Shown: positions 14,501 to 26,500 of the stretch, piece by piece
How positions within the stretch are numbered: position 1 is the stretch's first letter
How the letters are laid out: the number at the start of each line of letters is the position of its first letter
Source: Phoronis australis
Taxonomy: Eukaryota; Animalia; Phoronida
NCBI GenBank assembly: GCA_002633005.1
Contig: NMRA01000081.1
Coordinates: forward strand, 819,501 to 883,500
Direction of reading: 5' to 3'
Length of the DNA: 64,000 nt
Translations under genes and position numbers: made by a program
The notes under the pieces: generated by a model
Told to the model about the DNA's origin: nothing
The model's database searches: none
Seen by the model: the letters and a program-made list of their open reading frames with translations, nothing else

Positions 14501-17500
14501 GGTGATTTTCATGAAATGACAAACATCCTGAATTATTGCAGTCATCAACTCATTCAGTTGAAGTTGGACAAAAACATCTAAACCTTGGGAGCACTAGTTG
14601 AAAATTTTGCCCTGATATTTTATCATGATTGTTGATAAGAAGAGTTTGTGCTTTTTTGATGAAAACTTTGAAGAAACTGCGCGGTATTCCTTTGTGAAAA
14701 GTTACAGAGCACATGGAAATTAGGCAAAATTCTGTTTCCTGTTATGATGGACAGTGACCCATTAGGACTCTTCATTCCAACTGCACTGATGGTGAATGGG
14801 TAGTGACCCGGTGTGGCTTTTCATTCTAACTGCACTGGACAGTGAATGGCCTTATTACCGTGAGTTGTGGTTAGACTCTGCTAGCCCATGGTGACTATAT
14901 GTCATGACATTAGCATTTTATATATTAGATATATTGCTAATTACTCATAACATGTGACACCTTTATGAATGCATACTGGCCTGCCTTCTGATCACACATT
15001 CTATTTGTCTTCCTACCAAAGTTCCACGTCTGAATGCGGCATACGTTGAAATATGTAGAATTTGTTCAAAAACTAATGTATGTCATAAAATCTTTTCTGC
15101 CATTGGATTAAATGCTGTAATATTGATCATCCAGATTGAGTTATCATAAAAATCTCTTCACAGAGGCAAGGCAGTGTGGCTTAGTGGTTGATCTGAAGCT
15201 TTCCTATCTTAAGCTCAGAAGTTCAAATCCCACTAGACTTCACTACTAGACCATTGTGCAAGGTCTCCTACTCCATAATTCACTTTGCATAATTATGTTT
15301 TATCATTGGTTACAATTTAAAAACTTGTATTGCGTGCTTTTTATTAATAGTTTGTTCTGCAGATCACCACTGTTGGGCATGCACTAATAAGTTACCAATT
15401 TTTAAATAACCTGTAGCACATTTCTCTTGGTCTTAGAATTTGAAATTATAGCATGCCGTAGATATTGAACTTATTACTCGCCTATCAGCCATTGTTGCAG
15501 AAGTTCAGTCGAACAAAGGGAGAAATACACATCATCGTTTGTTAGTCTCCACAACTCATCATGCCTTGAAACCAAGAGAATACATCAGTCCAATCCAAAC
15601 ATTTTCAGTAAAATTACAGGACTTCTCTGTGCACGCATTTTGACAGCATTAAGTGTGACAGCAACTATGACTGTTCTCAACATTAAAAATTTTCTTGCTT
15701 TTTCCGTAGGGGTGAGTTGAAGGAAGCACAGAAAAAGCTGCGCGATGTCGGTCAGCATTTGTCAAACCTAGAGGCGTCACGCTCAAACCGTCTTCAGAGA
15801 TTTGGCAACCATGTCCCCCTAACTATTGCAGACATAGAGGATGCCCATCGTCAAGGAAGGTTTCATAAGAAGCCCATAGGTCCCATTGGTATGTTTGCAC
15901 TTATTGCTTTCCAGCTCTTCTTTTTTATGCGCCCACATATATGTGGACGCATTATACCATCATCTCCGTCTGGCGTCCGTCCAGCATCCGTCCGTCCGGG
16001 TTCGGCTGCTATATCTCCAATGCCCGTTGACGTACGTTCATGAAATATTGCACGTATGTTTCTTTCATGTCTGGGACAGCATGAGCAAACTTTCGGATTC
16101 ATCCGACTACCGATCTGCCCCCTAGTGGCAATTTTTTTTTTACGCTTACATCCATATCTTCAAAGGTCCTCTAAGTATTTTCATAAAATTTGGAGGATAG
16201 GCATCTTTTAGTGAGATGATGCTATCCTCCCGTTTTCAGATAGATTCGACGTAGTTTGCGCCCCCTAGTGGCCATTTTTTCTGTTTTCGAGTCTGTTTTT
16301 TGGCGTCCACCCCTCTATTAACCAACCTGCTCAAAGGATGATTGTGAAAATTGGCATGTATGTTCTTACTATGAAGAGGACGGCTGACGATGACTTTCCG
16401 AGGATTTTGATTACTGTGGCGCCTCCTAGTGGCAGTTTTGTTTTTTTTGCGCCCATGGCTGTATCTCTAATACTGTTGGCAGGATCTTTACTAAATTTAG
16501 CTAGTGTTTATATGATGTTGACAATGGATGACGACTTTCGGACGGCTCTGACTACCGGTGTGCCCCCTAATGGCAATTTTAGCCTTTTACGTTTACATCT
16601 GTATCTTCAAAGGTCCTTAACGTATTTTCATAAAATCTAACATATAGGTATCTATTAGTGAGATGACGCTATCCTCCCGTTTTCGGTTGGATTTGACGTA
16701 GTTTGCGCAACCTACTGGACTTTTTGCTGTTTTTTAATCTGTTCTTGGCGTCCACGCCTCCATCAACCGAAACGCTCTAAGGATGATTGTGAAAATTGGC
16801 ATGTATGTTCTTGCTACGAAGCTGACCATGATTTTCCGACGACTTCGACTAATGTGGTGCCTCCTAGTGGCAGTTTTGTTTTTTTTGCGCCCATGGCTGT
16901 ATCTTCTAAACCGTTTGCAGGATCTATGCTAAATTTAGCAAGTATATTAATATGATGTTGACAACGGACGACAACAACTTTTGGATGGACCTGACTACCA
17001 GTGTCTAACCTAGTGGCAATTTTAGGTTTAACTCTGTATCTTCAAAGATCTTCAACGGGTTTTCTGAAAATTTGGAATATAGGCATCTATTGGTGAGATG
17101 ACGATATCCTCTTATTTTCGGATGGATTTGTCGAGGTATGTTGCGCCACCTATTGGCCATTTTTACTCTTTTTTAGTCTGTTTTTTTGGCGTACACCCCT
17201 CTATCAACAAAACCGCTCTAACAGTGATTGTGAAAACTGGCATGTATGTTCTTACTATGATGAAGACAGCTGACGATGGTTTTCAGACGACTTCGACTAC
17301 TGTGGCGACTCCTAGTGGCAGTTTTGTTTTTTTGCACCATGGCTGTGTTTCCTAAACCCACTGCAGGATCTTCATTGAATTTAGTAAATGTATTTATATG
17401 AACCTAACAACAGGTGATGACGACAACTTTCAGGCATATTCAACGAATGCTCTGCCTCCTATTGGCAATTTCATTTTTTTCCATTAAAATATTTGAAATG

Positions 17501-20500
17501 AACAAAATACAACATAAGACATAAAAAATCCTCGTTATTAATTAACAACCAATTAACGATTTATTTAAACTTTTAAGTGCTACAAAAACTTTTCCCAGAA
17601 GATAGTATAGTATCCTTGAACACCATATCCACATCTGAATATGCAATTTTTTCTTGGGGTTAGTAGATAAAATAGGTGTTTGTACTGCGAGGGACCCTGT
17701 TGGAGGAAGGAGCTTGTTATAGAAGAATCTGAACAGAAAGAGACTCAAACTTCACGAATCAATTTGAGAGGTAGTCGTTCAAACGAGAGCTATCCGTCTT
17801 TCTCGCCAAGGATTGGACTAGCAACTTCTACAGTCCACTTCTAGATGGAAGGGAAGTGTATTTGGGGGTGAGGGGAGAGGGCACTCGGTACTTCGTTGAA
17901 GGTGGAGAAGTATGCACAGAATCAGTTCCTGCTCTAAATTGTAATCGCACGGAAGCCGACACCAGAGTCATCCTTCATGTGATTGAGGCGGATAAGTCCA
18001 CACCTGGCGACATGGTCATAAGGGGTTCTGATACCAACATTCTAGTTCTGCTCCTGTACCATGTCCACTGAGTTACATCCAATATGCGGATGGAGGTTGG
18101 GACTATAATACAAGTCGATCTGCATTATTTGAACGTAACTAAGATTGCTACTGTGATAGGCTAAGCGATGTGTGCTGCACTCCTTGTCCTACACACGTTC
18201 AGTGGATGTCACTATACCTGGGCATTTGTAAGGAAAAGAAAGAACAGACCACATGCAATCGTCGTAATAAGTGATAAGTTCCAGATAGCTTTTGATTCAA
18301 TGAGCCGCGATGTCTTAACAGAAGGTGTAATCAAAATCTTGCAAGATGACTGGTTCTGCTGACCTTAAAATCAGCTGCTGTCTTCAAAGAAATCTTCCAG
18401 CCTCAGCTGATGTAATAGCTCTCTGGAAATTAATTTGGGTAATCAGGTACAAAGTTGTCCTTCGTAAACATGGTTCTAAACAATGAGAGTGACTGTAGCA
18501 TTGTTTAAATTTACATTTTATTTTCTATGTTAAGTTAACTTAACATGATATATGTAGGTAACAGACTGCAAGACTTATATGTAGAAAGTAGTCTAACGTC
18601 AGTACTTCATTAGTTCTGCTATAATTCTACTAGACTCCCAACATAATGGTGCAATTACCAAGAAAACAGTCATTATACAATCATTAGCTGAATTTCAAAA
18701 TAACCACACCATGTTGAAATTCACCATCCCACGAGACGACGATCACTGGTCTTTAGTAGACAGGCATTCAGCACCACCTACAGATCTCATGTAATGCAGA
18801 CAGGAGCTACTTTGCTAGTGGTACAAACAACATTTAACATCTTTCCTGTTGTCATAATGCTGGCAAATTTCTACTGCTGTTTGATGAGAAGGAGCAAACC
18901 TTTTAAAATATCAATGGATGAATTAGGACATCATTACATTTCCCATTGTGGAAAAGAATACGCGACTAAGCCATTGGCTGCGTATGATTAAGCAGATGAT
19001 TTCGTTCGGTGTCAAAAAGCTAAAATAATGAAACTAATCAAACAGTGGGAAGGTCTGATGGTGGAATTTGTTACTCTGTTTTTGAATTAATGAACCATTA
19101 TATAGTAATTGAATTTCTATTCACCAAACCCGAGTCGGTATCAAGGGGAATTCACTTTCATGTTCTCATTACCCTAGAGAACGCCAGTGTGAAAAGTCGT
19201 CTATTCTGGGGATAGTTGACTCGTCGCAGCATGTAATTTCCTGCGTGGAGCACGTTCCTGGGTAATTATCTAATAACGAACTGTCAATTCTTTTCAAGAC
19301 AAAATCACTTCTCATCTAACAAGTTTAAACCAATTTTGTAACAGTGATGGTCTACATCAAAAGATTTCTTGATGGAATGTTGGCTCAGTGCCAATATATA
19401 TTTTTTTTTGTAAAGATGGTTCTTCCTGTTATGGGTGAATACCTGTGAAGGACTAATTCTGCTTTTGGGTTTATCAGTACCATATTTAAACGTCAAGGGC
19501 AAAGGAACAGATTGAACTGGACAAGAAAAAAGTTATTACCATAAAGGCCAGAGTTTATGATTCTTTGTCCTGATTTGAACATATTAATCTGGTGGGAACA
19601 AAAATTGCGCAAACTTTTGGCATGCTCAATAAACTCTCGAAATATCATTATTTATTCACACTCACAATTTATTTCTCTTTGATCCACACACACTAAACTT
19701 TTGGCATCACAGCATGAGGATTGTTAAGCAGATTTCCATTTATTCAGAAACGAGTTTACGAATAACCACAACACTGTTCACTCATACATTTTTATATTAT
19801 TAATAAACACATTATTCCTCCATCTCTCTATCTCTCTTTCTCTCTCTGTCTCTCCTAGGCTTTGGCATCATGTACTTTAATTTCTTTGTGAATTGTTTGC
19901 TTGCTATGTCAGTGAAACAACCCACGTGCATGTACTGGGAATGTAAAACATTTGATTTTGTAAGCAAAGCACTGTCTATGTAGTCATTTCTATAGATTTG
20001 GCTGTACTTGACTATCACCAGGTAGCGACCTTTCCTGTTGCTGTTCTTCTCATGTGCTAGTTGAAACACGCCCATACAAGTTTTACTCTTGATAAATTGC
20101 CTTGAAACGATCAGTATACAACGACGACTTTTCTTAATTGCTACGTTGATGTTTTCTTGAAAGGAAATCCCTAGCTCAAAATCTCTGTCGGGAATGATTA
20201 GTTTATAATGCATTGTGCCATTCTCAAGATCTGCGCAAAGTTTCTCTCTGACAAATTTACGTTGGTCATCGATATCTGAGTGATAGAACACGAACGCGTC
20301 ATAGTTTTCGTATTTATGCACTTGCTCTAGCATGTGACCAAAATGAACACCAATGTGATTATACAGCACAATTGTTATTTGTTGTCGGTATCTGCACCCG
20401 ACAAACAGCAGGACGCCAACAACAGCAATAGCACACGCAGTTCCAATGAGAATTCCTTTGAAATTTATAATGCAGTCATAATCCATCAGACTTTGTAAAC

Positions 20501-23500
20501 CAGTGAAGCCACAAGTAACATTAGCAAAGTATGTTTTTGAAAATTTCAGATTTTTCAACCATCTTTGAAGACTGCAATCACACTGTAGTGGATTTTCATG
20601 TATTTGGATCGTGATCAGTGTTTTCTCCAATTTCCGTTCTTGCAAAACGTCTCGAATTTCCTTGCCAATTTCTTTTATTTTGTTGTTGTGCAGGTACAGT
20701 TCTCTCAAGTTTGTCATATCCCTGAAGACAGAATGACTCATTTGGCTGATATTGTTAAATGATACATCCAGAACAATAACTTGCTTCCAGTACTTTCTAC
20801 TTTGTTTAAGTTCTTCTATCTCGTTTTTATTCAAGTATAATTTTAGATTTCCTGAAGGCATTTGATGAGGTAGATCAGTCAAGTGTTGACCAGTGCAGTT
20901 CACACTGGTGATTGATGTATTTGTATAATCTTTAATACACGAGCAGCCATCTGGACAATTTTGCCTCACGGTACATGTGGCGTAAAGTTCCGATTTATTC
21001 AGATTCATCAAACGTTTGCCTGTAAATTGTTCGCATGCGATGGAGGTCACATAATGCACTAAACATTTTAACAAGTCGGGTCCTTTTTTTTCAGAATGTT
21101 TTTGACATAGAACATCGCTTTGACACTTTTCACTGAATGACTGAGTTATTCGTTCATTTCCCCACTGACAAACACTCGCTTCATTTAGTATTCCGATTAG
21201 ATAGTTGCACGTTGTTTCCCAAAATGAGTGGTAAAAAAGGTACACGTCGCAGTCACATTTCCATTTATGTCCTGTAAATAATGTCTGTATACTGTTTCCA
21301 AATGTTGCATCAATGTCAAAGAGGTCGATATATGTCACAGTGCGGTAAAGTGTAGTAAAAAGATCTTGGATCTTAAAGAGCAGTATTGTTTCATAGTTGA
21401 TTTGACTTACGTTATTGTAAGACAAGTCGAGACATAACTTCGGTTGTTTCCCTTTGGAGCGCGCTGAATGTTTAATATCCCACTTGTAGGAATTGGAAAA
21501 TGTCTTAATATTGTTGTAGGACACATTTAAATACCTAAATGTGTTCTTGTTGAGCATTAGGTACCACGAGTCCAGCTCTGTCAATTTATTGTGTGCCAAA
21601 TTGATGCTTTCCAATTTTTGTAGATTTTGCCATGGAAATGCCTCTAGCGAAATACGCTTAATCTTGTTCCAAGCTAGGTCGACAGTTTTCAGTTCCCTAA
21701 ACTCTCTAAAATCGCCACTGTGTAAGCTCTCTATCTTGTTCCTGGATAAATTTATATGTTGGACTCTTACGAAGCATTTGATATCCATAATGTTGCGAAA
21801 GCTGTTGTTTGATACATCTATGATGGTGATGTTTGCCAAGCTGGTGCACAATAGCCTTGTGCTTAACCCATCAAGACCAAGACTCGTGGCCTGAAAGCAT
21901 TTCACGAGAGGCCGTATACTAGTCAATCCTTTCCATTCACTCTTGTCATTGCTTCGTATAACCACACAGTTGCAGCTTACTTCTGTGATAAGACACAGTA
22001 GTATCACAAAGATGTGCAAACACTCCATGTTGTTATCAGACTTCCAGTTGCGAGTAGCTAATGATTACACTCTGCTGGTGTCCAGTTCAGGTACTGCCTG
22101 TGCAATCAATGTTGATGTTACTTATCATGATAGTGCGATGTTTGAAAACCTAGATTAAGAATTTCAGTATTAAGTGTTTTCTGATAGCTAGTGCCCAATA
22201 GAATTCTGTCATTTTTTGCAAGATATGTCTCAAAATGGAGTAGGAGCAGCGAGCATTATGTCTGCACCTTCCTGCTACTTATAATCTCTACACCTTCCTG
22301 TTCCTTATAACCTCTACACCTTCCTGTTCCTTATAACCTCTACACTTTCCTGTCCATTATAATCTCTACACCTTCTTGTTCATTAAAGTCTTTATAACAC
22401 TTGACAGATTTTCGTGTGGTGCTCTCAGCATGACATATTTTTTCAAAAAAGTGGCAAAAGCTTCAACAGAATTTTCCAGTTTGGTGTTTGAATTTTTAGA
22501 ATCGTTTTAAATGTAATTTGTCCATTATGTCTCAGCTCGCTGATATGATGTTTTTGGTTTCTTGCTTACCTTGAGTTTCTCTAGCAATAGACAGCCTTTG
22601 TGAATTCGTTTCACTTTTCACCAAAAAAAAATTTTAGTCCTTCATTTTCAAGCAGTTATGGTCTACATTCCTGAATTTTCAACTGTAGGCTTTCAAACAT
22701 CGCACAATCACATATCATCATGTGATTGATATTTTTGTGAAAATTGCCATTTTTGTTAAACATGAATTTCTAAAAAAGGGAAAATGCGGATGTGTTCAAG
22801 TTTTCTCTGAGCATTTTTGCTGTCAATTCACAAAGTGCCTAGTCTCATCAAAGGCTCTTTTTAAAACAACTCCCTTTGTTGTCACAAAACTTTTTTGAGA
22901 CATGGTTCTCTGAGGGATAAACCATAAAAAGCCAGAAGTTCAGTGTTTTCTCTTAATAGTTCGTGTACTATTAGTTCGTGCGAGGCCCTTGAAACATGAC
23001 GTTTGTCTCTAATAGTTCGTACAGTAGGAGTCCGAGGGAAAAATAGGTTGTACACATATTTGGGTCAGAAAAAATAATTCATTCATGTTTTTGGATAGAT
23101 GAAATGGAAATTTGTATGCTTATAAAAGAACAGGAACGTAGTGGATTGCATACAGAAACAATGTGTGGCAGATGGCATCGCTGAAAACTGAGGTACTGAA
23201 GCTGGCGTTGTGTTTGAAGTTAGCGAACATGGGAAGAAAATAAAGTGACAAAGTGTTCAAGTTTATATTATATCAGTTTGGGCGTCCGCTGTATCTCCTA
23301 AACGTTCACAGGATTTTGATGAGGTTTGACCAATGTATTCCTATAAAGCTGACGACAGTTGACGACGAAACGACTTTCGGACATATCGGACTACCGGTGT
23401 GCCTCCTAGATTTACTGTGTCTTCAAAGGTTCTCAACGGATGTCCATAAAAATTGGCAGATAGGCATCTATTAGTGAGGTGACTCGAGCCATTTATTTCC

Positions 23501-26500
23501 GGATTCATTCAAGGTGTTTTGTGCCACCTATTGGCCATTTTTGTTGTTTTTAAGTTAGTTTTTGGCATCCGTTCCTCTGTCGACCAAATCACTCTAAAGA
23601 TGATTGTGAAAATTAGCATGTAAGGGGACGGTTGACGATAACTTTCCGACAACTTTGGTTACTATGGCGCTTCCTGGTGACAGTTTTCTTGTGCCCCTGT
23701 CTGAATCTCCTAAGCCCTCTGCAGGATCTTTATTAAATATAGCATGTGTATTTATATGAAGGTAACAACGAAAGACGACTTTCTGACGAATCCGACGAAC
23801 ACTGTGCCCCTAGTGGCAATTTGAATTTTTCCGTTTTCCTGTTTCTGTGAAGTTCCTTGACAGATTTTTGTGAAATTAGGTAAGTGGCTTTCTTTTACAG
23901 AATCTATGACATTTTCTAGTTTTCAGACCGATTCAACGTATTTTGTGCCATCTAGTGGACTTTTTTACTGTTTTTTAGTCTGTTTTTGGCATACGCCCTC
24001 TGTCAACCAAATCACTTGTAGGATGATAGTGAACATTGGCATGTAATGTTCCTAATGTGAAGAGGAGGGCTGACGATTTTCCGTCGTCCTTGACAGCTGT
24101 GGTGCCTCCTAGCGGCAGTTTTTATGCTCATGGCTGTATCTCCTAAACCCTCCGGAGGATTTTATTAAATTTAGCAAGTGTATTTATATGAACTTGACAA
24201 CAAACAATAACTTTCGGATGGATTCGACTTCCGATATGCCCCTAGTGGCAATTTTAGTTTTTTTTTAATCTTACCTCTGTATGTTCAAAGGTCCTCAACA
24301 GATTTTCATAAAATGTGGCAGATACGCATCTATTAGTGAGCTGACGCTATCCTCTGGATTTCCGTTTTATTCGTGGCATTTTGCACCACCTATTGGCCAT
24401 TTTTACAACAAATACAAACTGGATGCAAATTTCTAGTTGAGTTCAATATTAGTCATCCTCTTTTCTCTAGTCCTAAGGTCTTCACTGGAGTTATTTACAT
24501 TGTGTTTCAAAAATGTACACTGAACTTGTGTTACCTACCTTTTGACACTTCTAAGAATGGCTTTCCTACCAGTGTATGACATGAGTCCTCCAAGGCATTC
24601 ATGACAGACCCAGAGCAGCAAGCAAAAGGTTATAAGTTCCTTTAATAATACCAATACATATTCTTTAATCAATTAAATGCAAAATGTTAAAGTTACAATG
24701 ACAAAGTAAATTTATTAGTCATTCATTCTAGCAAGCTAGTTGTCCCCATGAAATTTTGTCAGATTTTTTTTAGTAATGTGTTATTAGTTGACCGTCTACC
24801 TCCCAACGCTAAGGAAAGAAATAACTATGCAGGAGTTGTGGCACAGCTTGTGGACGTCGTTGGACATCGAGGACTTTAGTTGCCCACACTGTAATAGTCT
24901 CAGTGGCCAGCTCACATGGTCATTAGTAAAACCGCCAAAATACCTTTGTATTCATATCTTACGAACCGCGACTAATGGTGAAAAAATCAACACAAAGATT
25001 TCCTCGTATGACCTCTCCGGCTACAAAATAAAAGCAGTCATTGAACACCATGGAAGAAACACGACGGGTGGTCATTACACATGCTGTGTTAAATCGTCAG
25101 CATGGGAATGGATAAATTTTGACGACTCTACAGTCACAAGTACATCCAAGCCTCCCCTGGATGCCTACATTGCAATATATGAATTATAAACCAACAAAGG
25201 AAATCAACATAAAAAATATGGCGCAATTTCAACATCAACGTCGCATATCACATCTGACGCAGCCAAGTCAAGTTATTTTTGAAATTCATCCTGGTACGGG
25301 AATTGGGGATAGTTAGGCCTATAAAAGATCTTTAACCCAGCCGCAGAGCGTCTAAAGCCGCGCACCGTACCAGTGACTGCTGGCAACTCATCGGAGACTC
25401 AACTTTAACATCCTTCGCCACAGAGATAACAACTCTTGGGCTGTCTCCGGTGAGTCCATTCTTTGTTGAATGATGTTTAGGTAAATTTAACTGCATCAAG
25501 ACAAGCTAATGGTGTTTGATGTTGGTAAAATCAGGCTCTGTTTTAAAGTACCAAGTCAGTCCCAAAGTTTAAATCCTGACACAGCAATTTTTAAACTTGA
25601 CTCATTGTGGCAAAATTCAAACTCATTACTGCGATGAGTCAAAACAGCCTCCTGTTCAGTAATCCTAAATAGCTTTGAAGACATATACCAGTTTTCAGAT
25701 GGATTCGAAGTGTTTTGTGCCATCTAATGGCCATTTTTATGTTCCAAATAAACACCCATAGAAGCTCACCATTTGCGGTGCATTGTGGGCGCATTTCAAT
25801 ATTCCGCGTTGCTTTTGTCACTGTTTTTATCTCTAAGATATCTTCCAGATAAGTGCAATACTCGTGACGATACAAAAGATGCACTAAGGTTATAATTATG
25901 ACCAGATAAAAACTAGTTATAATTATGGCTAGCTAAAAACTAGTTATAATTATGGCCAGCTAAAAGCTAGTTATAATTATGGCCAGCTAAAAGCTAGTTA
26001 TAATTATGGCCAATTAAAAGTTAGTTATAATTATGGCCAGCTAACTGCTAAACATGTTTATTGTCCTCTTGGCACCAACTATGTGCTGCACTGATTTTTT
26101 TTACTTCAGATATTTCTGTTCCTAGGCATCACAAGAAAGGTGGTAATTACTCGCAGACAGCACAAAGCTTCATCATTGCATTCTAGTAGTTTCTAAACGG
26201 GTCATACGTATTTTTAGACAATCGTAATGTCGGCATTACATTCTGATGTAGCGAGTCTATCTAATTGCAATGTATGGAAAACATTTGTGCAATATCACGT
26301 GACCCTCTGTGCCTGTCTCTTACTTTGGACTGGGGATTCTCATTACTGTGACAAAAGAGGGATGCTTTTGAAATATAAACTTGTTATGGCTCTGAATGGA
26401 AGTCCTTGGCTGACTATGATCCTTGTAAGTGCCAGTTCCATCAACGTGACTGCACTGAAAAGTCATTTATAGTTATGGGATGCGATGTCACTGGTTGGGA

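Larger units (their letters stand above)
15921..25818 (+). mobile_element. Helentron-associated non-autonomous element (HINE/DINE-1-like) with large internal cargo
   Basis: T-run, then subterminal repeat ATGCGCCCACA (15927-15937) with adjacent inverted copy ATGTGGACGCAT, (GTCC)n-like microsatellite (~15965-16000), core tandem arrays, perfect inverted subTIR TGTGGGCGCAT (25784-25794) and a decayed 3' stem-loop. The same 3' end occurs independently at 56771-56825 (-). Confidence 0.7.

Noticed and set aside
16338-17355. Similar short ORFs ([10 protein letters not shown]...) in the core arrays
   Set aside because: Chance translations of the tandem repeat; frames are not conserved between units.
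21541-22158. Plus-strand ORFs overlapping the TLR
   Set aside because: Antisense shadows of the TLR with no recognisable motifs.
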